Origin: an uncultured Ignavibacteria bacterium
Lineage (GTDB): Bacteria > Zixibacteria > MSB-5A5 > SM1-73
Direction: 5' to 3'
DNA length: 64,000 bases
Assembly: GCA_964348415.1 (NCBI GenBank)
Contig: CAYGCR010000004.1
Coordinates: forward strand, 21,651 to 85,650
Part shown: piece after piece, positions 48,024 through 57,803 of the stretch
Layout of the letters: every line of letters starts with the position of its first letter
Position numbering within the stretch: the stretch's first letter is position 1
The notes under the pieces: generated by a model
Seen by the model: the letters and a program-made list of their open reading frames with translations, nothing else
Databases searched by the model: none
What the model was told of the DNA's origin: nothing
Position numbers and translations under genes: made by a program

Positions 48024-49496
48024 ATGAAAAAGCCAAATCTAATGGTCTGTGCAATGTTACTTTCGGTCGGCGCTATTCTGCTTATGGCAATCGGCTGCGG
48101 GGCCCCGGAGCAGGACGGCAAAATGCCGATTACCACGAAATCTGAAAAAGCGCGGGAAGATTATCTGCAGGGGCGTGATTTGCAGGAGAAGCTGCGGGGT
48201 CAAGACGCCCGCCCATTCTTCGAAAGAGCCATTGCCGAGGATCCGGACTTTGCCCTGGCCTATCTTAACCTGTCCTTCGTTGTGCCCAGCGTAAAGGAAT
48301 TCTTCGCGAATCTGGACAAAGCAAAGGCGTTGGCGGATAAGGTCTCGGAAGGCGAGCGGTGGTGGATTCTGGGGGTGGAAGCAGGGGTCAACGCTTACCC
48401 CATGGAGCAAAGAGACTTGTACCAGAAACTGGTTGAGGCCTACCCCAACGATGAGCGGGCTCACAATCTACTGGGCAATAATTACTTCGGTCAGCAAGAT
48501 TGGGAACTGGCAATAGAGCAGTACCAGAAAGCAACCCGAATCAACCCGGACTTTTCGCAGCCTTATAATCAAATGGGTTATGCCTACAGATTTTTAGAGC
48601 GATATCCGGAAGCAGAAGAAGCCTTTAAGAAGTATATCCAGCTGATTCCGGACGATCCGAATCCATACGATTCTTACGCTGAGCTGCTTATGAAAATGGG
48701 CAAATATGATGCGTCCATAGAATCCTACCAGAAGGCTCTGGAGCAGGATCCCAATTTCGTTGCCTCTCATATTGGCATTGCCACAAACTTGAATCTCAAG
48801 GGCCAACACGGGAAGGCCAGGGAGCAGCTTCAGAAGCTGATGGATGTGGCTCGCAATGATGGCGAGCGACGCGCGGCACTCTTTGCCATGTCGGTCTCTT
48901 ATGTGGACGAGAAAAACTTCGATGCCGGCCTGGAAGAGCAGGAGAAGGCGTACGCATTGGCAGAGAAGATCAATGACGCCGCCTCCATGGGCGGAGATCT
49001 GGTGGCCATGGGCAATATCCTCCTGGAAGGTGAAAGGCTGGATGAAGCCCAGGCCAAGTACGACAAGGCAGTGGAGATCGTAGAGGCATCCAATCTCTCT
49101 GAAGCGGTCAAAGACAACACTAGGCGTCTCTATCTTTACAACAGCGCACGCGTTGCCCTAGCGAAAGGGGACTTGGAGACGGCAGAGCACAGGGCGCAGG
49201 AGTTTCACCAGGAAGTCAAAGCGATAAACAATCCGTTTCAGATTCGATTAGCGCATGAACTGGCGGCACAGATTGCACTCGAAGAAAAAGAGTACGACAA
49301 GGCTCTGGAAGAACTCCAGCAGGCCAACCGGCAAAACCCGTACAACTTTTACAGAATGGCGCTGGCCTACCAGGGCAAAGGGGACAAGTCAGAAGCCAAA
49401 GAGCAGCTCAAGGTCGCTGTGAACTTCAATGCACTTAATAACCTAAACTACGCCTTCATCAGACAGAAAGCCAAGCAGATGCTGGATTCGATGTAG
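48024..49496 (+). CDS. TPR-repeat lipoprotein.
   Basis: It has a signal peptide with a lipobox (MAIGCG) and about 10 TPR-like repeats. Confidence 0.75.
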   Translation: MKKPNLMVCAMLLSVGAILLMAIGCGAPEQDGKMPITTKSEKAREDYLQGRDLQEKLRGQDARPFFERAIAEDPDFALAYLNLSFVVPSVKEFFANLDKAKALADKVSEGERWWILGVEAGVNAYPMEQRDLYQKLVEAYPNDERAHNLLGNNYFGQQDWELAIEQYQKATRINPDFSQPYNQMGYAYRFLERYPEAEEAFKKYIQLIPDDPNPYDSYAELLMKMGKYDASIESYQKALEQDPNFVASHIGIATNLNLKGQHGKAREQLQKLMDVARNDGERRAALFAMSVSYVDEKNFDAGLEEQEKAYALAEKINDAASMGGDLVAMGNILLEGERLDEAQAKYDKAVEIVEASNLSEAVKDNTRRLYLYNSARVALAKGDLETAEHRAQEFHQEVKAINNPFQIRLAHELAAQIALEEKEYDKALEELQQANRQNPYNFYRMALAYQGKGDKSEAKEQLKVAVNFNALNNLNYAFIRQKAKQMLDSM

Positions 49497-49544
49497 GTCG
49501 TGTAGGTCAGGCGCGTCCCTGGGCGCTGCTCGACGCAGAAACCG

Positions 49545-50099
49545 ATGGAACCTGCAGAATCGGTTTTCATCATCATATTGGTGGCAGTTAATCTGGCCGC
49601 AGGATTTGCTTTTGCTGTTCCCATTGCCAGACTGCTAGGCGAAGTCACCGGCAAACCGGGGAGATTTCTTCGCCATTTCGCAGCGCTTATCGGCATATAC
49701 TTCCTTGAGTGTGTGGCTTTTGCTGCAGGAATGGCAACACAGGTCTTCAGCATCGGACTGGCATTCGTATGGGGCGTTGTTTTCGGCCTGTGGCTCCGTG
49801 ATCGGCCCCCATTTCGAAAGATTGTGAAAACAGGATTTTGGGTGGCTCTCTATACAAGTGCCCCCACAACCTTTTTTGGCGTCCTGCTTTTGCTCGGCAA
49901 ATTGCTGGATGGGAGCAACGTTCTCAGCATAGACCAGGCGACCGCGTTCGGCATCCCGGACTTTGTTCCCTGGCCGCTGAGTACAATACTGGGTTTCTGC
50001 ATGGCTCTGGTAATGGGCACGGTCGTATCCAAGGCCGCAATAACAACCGGGGAGCTCAGCCTGCTTGTTCATCTGGGAGAAAAATCCCAGGGCGTGTAG
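49545..50099 (+). CDS. Hypothetical integral membrane protein (4-5 transmembrane segments).
   Basis: Hydrophobicity pattern only. Confidence 0.4.
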   Translation: MEPAESVFIIILVAVNLAAGFAFAVPIARLLGEVTGKPGRFLRHFAALIGIYFLECVAFAAGMATQVFSIGLAFVWGVVFGLWLRDRPPFRKIVKTGFWVALYTSAPTTFFGVLLLLGKLLDGSNVLSIDQATAFGIPDFVPWPLSTILGFCMALVMGTVVSKAAITTGELSLLVHLGEKSQGV

Positions 50100-50172
50100 A
50101 TACAAAACGTCCGCAAGACTTTTGACTTGGAAAGCCTGTAGTCGAACCGTTAACCACCGAAGGGAGAGTGAA

Positions 50173-50988
50173 ATGAGAAGCACCGTCGGCAGGTCTATTG
50201 TGTTACTCTTTATGTTGGCCGTCTGTATTCTTTGGGTTCACTGTGGGAAAGACAAATCCTCCGGTCCAGACGACAAAGTCAGCAATACCGATTTCGTGGC
50301 AAAAGAGTCTTTCCGGTTTGCAGTCGACGCAGAGGATCACACGGGACTAAGCTTGGAAGGCATAAACGGCAACGTGACCATCACCGGTTTGTCCGGAGCG
50401 GATTCAGTTATTGTTGCAGGCGAAAAGCGCGTTGGCTCAGAGAGCATGCAGGATGCCGAGGAGCACCTGCAGGACCTTCAGGTTAACGTGTGGGGCGTGC
50501 AGGGCGTGGTGTTCGTGAAAACCACCCAGCCTGACCAAACGCAGGGTCGGGCCTATGTGGTTGATTACGATATCACTCTCCCGAAAAGCCTGCAAGTGTT
50601 GGTCATTAACGTCAATGGAGCTGTGACCATAGATTCGATCAACAGTTTCATTTCCGTTCAGAATGTCAACGGGCCGGTCACATTGGAGGAGATCTTCGGC
50701 AGCGTTTCTGTCCAGTTAGTCAATGGCCAAATCCAGGCTGAGGTGACTTTGCCGCAAGCCGGCTTAATCACTATGTCCGCCGTGAACGGGGGTATCGAAC
50801 TTGCCGTCCCTCAGAACACGTCGGCGGAATTCTCGGCCAGCGTAGAAAACGGCATAATTAGTATGTCTAATCTTGTCCTTCAAGATTTGAGGAGTACCCC
50901 CAATTCCCTGACCGGCACATTGGGAGATGGTCAGGGGACGATTTCTTTGACTACGGTCAACGGCAGCATAAGTGTGTGGGGATTCTAA
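50173..50988 (+). CDS. Secreted protein with DUF4097-like (putative adhesin / all-beta repeat) architecture.
   Basis: It has a signal peptide and lipobox-like VHCG. Repeated segments of the type INGNVTI..VNGAVTI..VNGPVTL..VNGQIQA..VNGGIEL..VNGSISV are present. An RBS (AAGGGAGAG) is present. Confidence 0.5.
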   Translation: MRSTVGRSIVLLFMLAVCILWVHCGKDKSSGPDDKVSNTDFVAKESFRFAVDAEDHTGLSLEGINGNVTITGLSGADSVIVAGEKRVGSESMQDAEEHLQDLQVNVWGVQGVVFVKTTQPDQTQGRAYVVDYDITLPKSLQVLVINVNGAVTIDSINSFISVQNVNGPVTLEEIFGSVSVQLVNGQIQAEVTLPQAGLITMSAVNGGIELAVPQNTSAEFSASVENGIISMSNLVLQDLRSTPNSLTGTLGDGQGTISLTTVNGSISVWGF

Positions 50989-51080
50989 AACCCGATTCAT
51001 CGTATCGATCTCGGTGGAATACGCACTTCTTTGGGATTGCTGGATAAAGGCTGGTGATCGCCGGACAGGAGAATGTTGGA

Positions 51081-51854
51081 ATGCCGAAAGCACATGATAT
51101 TCAACTCAGAATCAAGCATTTCCTTGATTCGAGTGGAATATCATTGACGGGAATAGCTTCCGTGGGTCCACTGCCTGGGGTTCCGGAGCATTTCTCACCG
51201 CCGGCCTTGCTGAAACAGGCAAGGTCTGTCATTTGTTATGCGGTGCCGATCCCCAGGGGAATTGTCTTCGCAGACAGCAAAGATCTGGACCTATACTGGC
51301 GTTTCTCTAACATGGCATACAGATCTCTTGATGCAACCTCCAACCGGCTCTGCCTGATGTTAGAAGAGGGAGGTGCTTCAGCCGTTCCGATCTATGGATG
51401 CTTTCCCTGGAAACTTTTGGACGGTGAGTTCTGGGGACTTTTGCCTTTGGTCTATTGGGCTGAGCAAGCAGGTTTGGGTAAGCTCACAAGAAGCGGTTTA
51501 CTTGCCAACCCCAGAAATGGAACCAGTATTCTATTGGGCGGTGTCGTAACGACATTGGATCTGGAGCCGACCGGGAGGCAGAACGACGAGCCCTGCCCTC
51601 CGGGCTGTTTTGACTGCATCGAGGCTTGTGCTGTCCACGCCATTGGGAGGACCGGGAAGGTAAATCACAACCTGTGCCTACGCTACTCGACTTCCAATCC
51701 CCTTGCCGCACACCTGGCTCGAGACCTTAAGACAAGGGACAGCCTGACATTTGAAAGACTGTTGAATACCGTCGGAGTTGATGATCACGCCAGCTATCTG
51801 TGTTTCAAGTGCTTGAAAGTATGCCCATTGAACAATAGAACCAGCCCTAGCTGA
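51081..51854 (+). CDS. Fe-S cluster protein with ferredoxin-like Cys motifs (QueG-like / uncharacterised).
   Basis: The motifs CPPGCFDCIEAC and CFKCLKVCP are present. The family assignment is uncertain. Confidence 0.35.
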   Translation: MPKAHDIQLRIKHFLDSSGISLTGIASVGPLPGVPEHFSPPALLKQARSVICYAVPIPRGIVFADSKDLDLYWRFSNMAYRSLDATSNRLCLMLEEGGASAVPIYGCFPWKLLDGEFWGLLPLVYWAEQAGLGKLTRSGLLANPRNGTSILLGGVVTTLDLEPTGRQNDEPCPPGCFDCIEACAVHAIGRTGKVNHNLCLRYSTSNPLAAHLARDLKTRDSLTFERLLNTVGVDDHASYLCFKCLKVCPLNNRTSPS

Positions 51855-51872
51855 GAAGATCAAGTTCGAGGA

Positions 51873-52358
51873 ATGAGAATGGGGAAAGGTGATCTAGAAA
51901 GAATCGAGATGAAATCTATAGGACTCGTGAGCCGAACTTCACCCGATGAAGACGTCAAGGACAAAAGTCTTGTCTCGAGAATTGTGCTCAGGAAGGATCT
52001 CACCAAAGCCCTTGATGGAATTGAAGACTTCTCTCACATCCTTGTTATCTATTGGTTGCACAACGTTAAAGGCGCTGAAAAACCCATCTTGCATCATCCC
52101 AGCCAAAAGAGAGAATCACAGCCTTTGGGGATATTTGCTACGAGGGCTCCAATTCGCCCCAATCCTATCGGGTTGACTTTGGTGGAGCTTGTCTCACGCG
52201 ATGAGAATGTTCTTGTGGTGAGAGGTCTTGACGCAGTTGATGGCACCCCTGTTCTGGATATTAAGCCGTACCCCGACTGGGAGCAAGGGCGCCCCATCAT
52301 CGTGACGGATTTCAAAGTACCCAAATGGCTGACAAGAACTGACGACCAACACTTGTGA
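51873..52358 (+). CDS. trmO: TrmO/TsaA-family tRNA (m6t6A37) methyltransferase-like protein.
   Basis: The family signature ..TRAPIRPNPIGLTLVELV...GLDAVDGTPVLDIKPY is present. The start may be at 51909. Confidence 0.7.
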   Translation: MRMGKGDLERIEMKSIGLVSRTSPDEDVKDKSLVSRIVLRKDLTKALDGIEDFSHILVIYWLHNVKGAEKPILHHPSQKRESQPLGIFATRAPIRPNPIGLTLVELVSRDENVLVVRGLDAVDGTPVLDIKPYPDWEQGRPIIVTDFKVPKWLTRTDDQHL

Positions 52359-52362
52359 AAAA

Positions 52363-52884
52363 ATGATTGAAACCAAACGGGTCATCTTACGCAAGATGAC
52401 CACTGGTGATCTGGACGATCTTTTGCGCATTTTCTCCGATCCCAAGGTCATGGCATCCTTCGGCGGAATTCTGTTCGATCGGGAGAAGATGCGGCATTGG
52501 GTCCAACGCAATCTCGATCACCAGGAGCGATACGGTTACGGCATTTTTTGTGCCATTCTGAAGGAGAACGGTGAGCTCGTGGGTGCATGTGGGTTGCACC
52601 ATGTGGAAGCCGACGGATTGCCGCAGGTCGAGCTGGGATATGATTTTCGCAGCGCATATTGGGGCCGCGGCCTGGCCACCGAGGCAGCAGGAGCTCTGCG
52701 CGATTATGCATTCGGGCAGCTCGGGCTGCAACGAATCATAAGTCTGATCCGGACTCACAATAAGGCATCGATGCGAGTGGCGGAAAAGATCGGAATGGTG
52801 CGAGAGAAAGAGTGGACAAGAGGGGATATCAAGTACTATATTTACTCGCAATCTCGTCAAAAGAGGACGCCCGGAAAAAGCTGA
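52363..52884 (+). CDS. GNAT-family N-acetyltransferase (RimJ/RimL-like).
   Basis: GNAT motifs A/B are present (..YWGRGLATEAAGALRDYAF..). Confidence 0.75.
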   Translation: MIETKRVILRKMTTGDLDDLLRIFSDPKVMASFGGILFDREKMRHWVQRNLDHQERYGYGIFCAILKENGELVGACGLHHVEADGLPQVELGYDFRSAYWGRGLATEAAGALRDYAFGQLGLQRIISLIRTHNKASMRVAEKIGMVREKEWTRGDIKYYIYSQSRQKRTPGKS

Positions 52885-52908
52885 GGGTTTACGAAGCTGG
52901 AGGTGTAG

Positions 52909-53823
52909 ATGGGTCAGGAAAACTCGTCGGAGAACTGGACGCTAACGCGGGTGCCCGGCGTATTGGTGGGGCATTGGACTGATGAGGCCAAAAGCACCGG
53001 CTGCACTGTGCTTCTTTTCCCGGATGGAGTACGCTGCGGAGCAGTACAGCTTGGCTCAGCGTCAGGCACGCGGCAGATGGGAGTGTTTGATCCGGCTCAT
53101 ATCTCGGGTAAGGTGCACGGAATGTGTCTTTCCGGCGGCTCGGCTTTCGGCTTGAGTACCGCAGATGGTGTGGTCGAATTCCTGGAGTCAAAAGGCATTG
53201 GTTTTGACTCCGGGTTTGGCAAGGTGCCGATTGTTCCGGCGGCGATTATTTTTGATCTGACTACGGCCAAGACCAGGCCAAATGCAGAATCAGGGCGATT
53301 GGCCGCTGAAGCGGCAAGCTCTGAGCCGGTGCAGCAGGGGCGGGTTGGGGCAGGCGCCGGCGCGACTGTGGCCAAGTGGGGCGGTGGGCGAATTCCCGGA
53401 GGTTTAGGTAGTTCGGCTCAGGATGTCGGTGACTACGTCGTTGGGGCGTTAGCCGTAGTGAATGCTGCAGGCTCGATTAGAGACCCGGAAACAGGAAAAT
53501 GGGTTGCAGGTGACGGCAAGGCACATACGGAGCCTCCAAAGATTGGTGCCGACTGGGCAGGCAACACCACCTTGGTTTGCGTAGTAACTAACGCTCCTCT
53601 TGACAGTGTGCAGCTAATCGTTCTCGCCCGCATGGCCAGCGCCGGCATTGCCAGAACCATATACCCGGCTTTCACGCCGTTTGATGGAGATGCGGTTTTT
53701 GCGTTTTCAACTGGAATTGGGGAAGAAGTAGACCGCACCAAACTGAGTCACGTGGGTAGTGTAGCCGCGCAATCAGTGGCCAAGTCGATATCACGTGCTG
53801 TCGGCGAGCTACGCAAAGTGTAA
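52909..53823 (+). CDS. P1/S58-family peptidase (DmpA / L-aminopeptidase D-Ala-esterase-like, Ntn-hydrolase).
   Basis: It shows full-length similarity to DmpA/ArgJ-like proteins (GVLVGHWTD, GSASGTR, ..VVTNAPLD..). Confidence 0.6.
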   Translation: MGQENSSENWTLTRVPGVLVGHWTDEAKSTGCTVLLFPDGVRCGAVQLGSASGTRQMGVFDPAHISGKVHGMCLSGGSAFGLSTADGVVEFLESKGIGFDSGFGKVPIVPAAIIFDLTTAKTRPNAESGRLAAEAASSEPVQQGRVGAGAGATVAKWGGGRIPGGLGSSAQDVGDYVVGALAVVNAAGSIRDPETGKWVAGDGKAHTEPPKIGADWAGNTTLVCVVTNAPLDSVQLIVLARMASAGIARTIYPAFTPFDGDAVFAFSTGIGEEVDRTKLSHVGSVAAQSVAKSISRAVGELRKV

Positions 53824-53854
53824 GCGCGAGCCAAGAAAGAGGAATATCAGGGTC

Positions 53855-54682
53855 ATGAGCAAGACAGGAGAAGGAAAAGGGCCAAAGAAAAGGATTACGC
53901 AACAGGAGCTGCAGCGAAAGTTGCAGGAGTCACTCAAAAGGGTGACACCAGGAGACATGCAGACGCTCAACCAGGTGTTATTCCAACACCTCAAGTTCTA
54001 TGCGGATAACTACGACGCCTTAGACTCTGAGGCTAAGAGACGGCTTGATGATGCGATGAGGGGGATTCAGACTGACTTACCTCAGGTTCTGGAAAAGGTC
54101 CCGGATAGTAAAGATAAGAGAGTTCTGAAACGCTTGCATCGCGGCATGCTCGGACAGCGCGTGATGGTTGATCTATTGTTAGAGGAGTTGGGCACCGCAT
54201 CAACGTTGGAGGACGATAATAGTGCGGAGTCCCAGAGACTGCTCATCGAGGAATTGCAGAAGGTCACTGATTTCTTTTGCGATATATGTGATAACACATT
54301 GCGTGGTCCTGCCACTTTCGGGCAGATCAGCCTTTTAGGGCTGTGCGTAACTGAACTGATGGTAGGGCTACACCTAGCGCGACACTATTACACGAATCAA
54401 GCATATTCCCACATAAGGACTGTAATCGAACATGTGGACAAGATCGAGCTGTTCAGGCGGGAACCAAAGTGGGCTGACCTATGGTGCAGCGGTGATGATG
54501 TGGCAATTTCGAAAGAGCTTTCGCCGATGAAGGTTAGGATGAAGCTGGGGAGACACAAGTATGACGCTGTGTACGGTTTCTTCAGTGGGCTTGGGCCACA
54601 TGGCAGCTTTCAGGCGGCACAAGCTAGGACATACCGAAGTCTTGAGCAGTCTTCCAAGGGGAATCTTCAAATCCGTCAGTAG
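53855..54682 (+). CDS. Hypothetical protein.
   Basis: It is an ORF of 275 aa with no recognisable motifs. The ORF is open from 53795. Confidence 0.4.
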   Translation: MSKTGEGKGPKKRITQQELQRKLQESLKRVTPGDMQTLNQVLFQHLKFYADNYDALDSEAKRRLDDAMRGIQTDLPQVLEKVPDSKDKRVLKRLHRGMLGQRVMVDLLLEELGTASTLEDDNSAESQRLLIEELQKVTDFFCDICDNTLRGPATFGQISLLGLCVTELMVGLHLARHYYTNQAYSHIRTVIEHVDKIELFRREPKWADLWCSGDDVAISKELSPMKVRMKLGRHKYDAVYGFFSGLGPHGSFQAAQARTYRSLEQSSKGNLQIRQ

Positions 54683-54718
54683 TTAGGGGGTTGCCCGGCA
54701 GAGCACCATATCATTTTC

Positions 54719-54946
54719 GTGTATGGCGGGATGTTCTATGCCCTTCATTTGTTGTTGTTGCAGGTGGTCAAGAGCTTTGGTCATTTTCTGAATCCTGAGG
54801 AAACGGAGGAGGTCCTGCAGCAAAACGCAAGCAAAACAGCCGAGTATCTGCGGCGCTACTTCTTGCCCTGGGCAAAGGATAATAGCTTGGATGTTATAGA
54901 ATTGGAACAACGTTTGGAAAGCAACCGGTGGGGGAAATCAGAATGA
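54719..54946 (+). CDS. Hypothetical small protein.
   Basis: Only an ORF is seen. It could be a fragment. Confidence 0.2.
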   Translation: MYGGMFYALHLLLLQVVKSFGHFLNPEETEEVLQQNASKTAEYLRRYFLPWAKDNSLDVIELEQRLESNRWGKSE

Positions 54947-55267
54947 TCCTTGAAGATTTCGCTTTCTCTTTGAAATTCCTCAGTAATAAGAATCTATTGG
55001 TTTAGTTCCTTGTTCGCAGCGAAATCTTCAACCACCCTTCGGGGTGGTTGGCATACAGAAGTTTGGATTCTCTCGTATCATTTTTGGTGAACGGTGGTCT
55101 CGGGTCCAAGTATCGGGTTCAGGTCATTGCCCCGAGGCGTCAGGACTGCCATCGCGCAATAATCCAGCCTGCTGGAGCGCCAACCTGTGTGAGACACCGT
55201 TCACCTCTATTTATGTGCGCTGCCAGGTTCTGTTTACCCCGGTGGGTGGGTGTGGCCTGGCAACTTC

Positions 55268-55358
55268 GAAGTTGTAGCCGCAATCTTTAGATTGCACAAA
55301 TGTCAGGAATTGAGCAGATTTTGATCGTAGGCTGAAGCCTGCGGCTACAAAAACCCCA
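55268..55358 (+). ncRNA. Conserved structured element (candidate cis-regulatory RNA or MITE) upstream of a secreted-protease gene. Its second copy is at 61333-61421.
   Basis: The two copies are 80-90% identical. The element has nested inverted repeats (gtagccgca...tgcggctac, gcaatct-N2-agattgc, aggctNaagcct) and ends in ctacaaaaacccc. Confidence 0.4.
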
Positions 55359-55478
55359 CTTTCGGTTCATCCTCCTCCCATACCGGAAACTATAGACGGC
55401 AGTCGATTTGTATTTGACGGAACCTAAGTGCAGACATATCGTAGAATACTATGAAACTCAAAAGCGAGGAGGTTTGAC

Positions 55479-57335
55479 ATGTTTTCCAAAAGATGCTTAG
55501 CTTTGGCCATCGCTGCCATCATGCTTGTTGGTGGTTGGCAAGGCCTGAATGCTCAGACTCTGGAGGATGTTCTGAGCAAGTATGCGGAGGCTCTGGGCGG
55601 GAGAGAAGCTCTTGAAGCCCTGAGGAACTCTGTGGCGGAGTATGAGATCACAGTTCCCGGTGGGCTAACCGGCACGCAAAAATCCTATTTCAAGTATCCC
55701 GACAAGCTCCGGTCCGAAATGGATTTCAAGATCATGCAAAGCCTGACCGTTTTTGACGGCGAGAAAGGATGGACTAAAGATCCCAACGGCCAGGTGCGTG
55801 AATTGGCCGGCGCAGAACTGGAGAACGTTCAAAGGGAACTGTACTTCAGTCTCTACGCACACCTGTTCCCGGAAAGAGCTAATGGAGAGGTCAAGTACCT
55901 GGGACGAGAGGAGGCAGACGGCATCAACTACTATGTTATCCAGATAACTCCTGAGGGAGTTGAACCGGTGAAGATGTACATAAACCCCGACACGTACCTG
56001 GTGGACAGAACGGTTATGCAGGAGGATATCATCGAGGTGACCAGTTACTATTCGGATTACCTTGATTTCGCCGGAATCAAGATGGCTACCTCCTATCGTA
56101 TGAGCACAGGCGATACCGCCTACGATATGAGATCAACTGTGACCAGCATCGAATTCAATAAACCGCTGCCCGACGAGCTGTTCACTATGCCTGTGGCAGC
56201 GGAGAAGGATTACAGGTTTCCAGCCGGAAAGAACTTTGTCGAGATTGCATTTGTGCTGAACAGCAATCATATCCATTTTCCGGTCGTGATCGGTGACGCA
56301 AAGCCGCTCAACTTCATCCTGGATACCGGCGCGGGCGGGCCGGTGGTAGACACGGACGTCGCCAAGAGCTTGGGTCTGGAACTGCTCGGCAAGATCGAGG
56401 CTCGCGGCGCAGGTGAAGGAACCCAGGAGGCTAATCTCATAAGCATGCCCAATGTAAAGTTCGCCGACCTGGTCATAGACAGCGTCTCCGGCGCAACCAT
56501 AAGTCTTAGTCCCTTGAACAAGTACGAGGGAATGCCGGTTGAAGGGATATTGGGCTATGACATCTTCAGCAGGTTCGTGGTTAAGATCGATTATTCGAAT
56601 CAGAAGCTGACTCTGTACGAGCCTTCAGCTTTCAAATATGAGGGCAAGGGCGAGATTCTACCCATCACGCTTGAGAGAAATCATCCCCACGTTAAAGCCG
56701 TCGTGGACGGGCAATACGAGGGGACTTTCGTAGTCGACTGCGGAGCCAGAAGCAGCCTGGCTCTTCACACGCCTTTTGTGGAGAAGCATGATCTGCTGGC
56801 AAAGACCGGCAAGAAGATCGAGGTATTTGCCGGGGTAGGTGTTGGGGGGAAGGTGATGGGCAAGGTCACCCGGGTCAAGAATATACAGATAGGCAGCTTC
56901 AAAATACCTGCTCCTCTCACAACCTTAGCTTCGGCTGAGGCGGGCGCGCTTGCCAGCGAGAGGATAGACGGTAACATCGGCGGCGGCATACTGAAAAGGT
57001 TTACGGTCATCTTCGATTATACCAATAGCCGGATGATCCTGGAGCCCAACGCCGATTTCGGCTACGAAGACAACCTCGACATGGCCGGTTTATGGTTGAC
57101 CAAGGAGAATGATACGACCAGGGTCGATTTTGTGATCGAGGATTCACCTGCCGGCAGGGCTGGACTCAAGGAGGGGGATGTGGTGCTGAAGATAAACGGC
57201 CAGTCCAGCAAAGACCTTCTCCTGGGGGATATGCGCGATATGTTAAAAGCCGGGGAAGGGAAGAAGGTGAGCTTGATAATCAGCTCGGAAGGGAAAGAGA
57301 AAAACATAGATCTTAAGTTAGAGAAGTTGATTTGA
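55479..57335 (+). CDS. Secreted tandem retropepsin-like aspartyl protease with a C-terminal PDZ domain.
   Basis: It has a signal peptide. It carries DTGAG (..NFILDTGAGGPVV..) and a second DCGA lobe, plus a PDZ (..DFVIEDSPAGRAGLKEGDVVLKINGQ..). Confidence 0.6.
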   Translation: MFSKRCLALAIAAIMLVGGWQGLNAQTLEDVLSKYAEALGGREALEALRNSVAEYEITVPGGLTGTQKSYFKYPDKLRSEMDFKIMQSLTVFDGEKGWTKDPNGQVRELAGAELENVQRELYFSLYAHLFPERANGEVKYLGREEADGINYYVIQITPEGVEPVKMYINPDTYLVDRTVMQEDIIEVTSYYSDYLDFAGIKMATSYRMSTGDTAYDMRSTVTSIEFNKPLPDELFTMPVAAEKDYRFPAGKNFVEIAFVLNSNHIHFPVVIGDAKPLNFILDTGAGGPVVDTDVAKSLGLELLGKIEARGAGEGTQEANLISMPNVKFADLVIDSVSGATISLSPLNKYEGMPVEGILGYDIFSRFVVKIDYSNQKLTLYEPSAFKYEGKGEILPITLERNHPHVKAVVDGQYEGTFVVDCGARSSLALHTPFVEKHDLLAKTGKKIEVFAGVGVGGKVMGKVTRVKNIQIGSFKIPAPLTTLASAEAGALASERIDGNIGGGILKRFTVIFDYTNSRMILEPNADFGYEDNLDMAGLWLTKENDTTRVDFVIEDSPAGRAGLKEGDVVLKINGQSSKDLLLGDMRDMLKAGEGKKVSLIISSEGKEKNIDLKLEKLI

Positions 57336-57496
57336 GCGCGCTCGATGGTTTAACGCCGCGGGCGGTCGACGGTCCGAGTTTAGGTCGAGTCTTGCCCCCC
57401 TCACGGGCAAACTTTATCGGTCAAGCATGTCCTTCAAGGACTGCTTGACACAAGAAACTGGCAACGACCTTTCGAGATGGTCGAGCTACCGACTTA

Positions 57497-57524
57497 TATC
57501 GAATGTGGCGGGATTTCATTCCCG
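57497..57524. terminator. Perfect 11-bp stem hairpin (atgtggcggga-tttcat-tcccgccacat) between convergent genes. It is probably a bidirectional terminator.
   Basis: The inverted repeat is read from the sequence. It lies between the 55479..57335(+) gene and csp(-). Confidence 0.45.
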
Positions 57525-57599
57525 CCACATTAAGTCTCCGAGACCAAGGGAGGCCCCGGAAAGACCAACGATATAGTTTAGAGACTTGTTTTCTCTAGA

Positions 57600-57803
57600 T
57601 TATATCTTTTGGACATTTTTTGCCTGAGGTCCTTTTTGCCCCTGTGCTTCTTCGAAGCTAACTCCTTCACCTTCACGAAGGGTCTTGTATCCTTCTTCCT
57701 GTATTTCAGAGAAGTGTACAAACAGGTCGGCTCCTCCGTCTTCCGGAGTGATGAATCCATACCCTTTGGATTCATTGAACCATTTTACCGTACCATGCTT
57801 CAC
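57600..57803 (-). CDS. Cold-shock protein (CspA family).
   Basis: The motifs [12 protein letters not shown] (RNP1) and VFVHFS (RNP2) are present. It has a long structured 5' leader (57804-57990) with an 11-bp hairpin. Confidence 0.9.
   Translation of the reverse strand: MKHGTVKWFNESKGYGFITPEDGGADLFVHFSEIQEEGYKTLREGEGVSFEEAQGQKGPQAKNVQKI

Noticed and set aside
57340-57600. Possible tRNA or small RNA in the 260-nt gap between the protease gene and csp.
   Set aside because: No cloverleaf-compatible arms or conserved T-loop (GTTCRA) were found. The gap is explained by two terminator hairpins.
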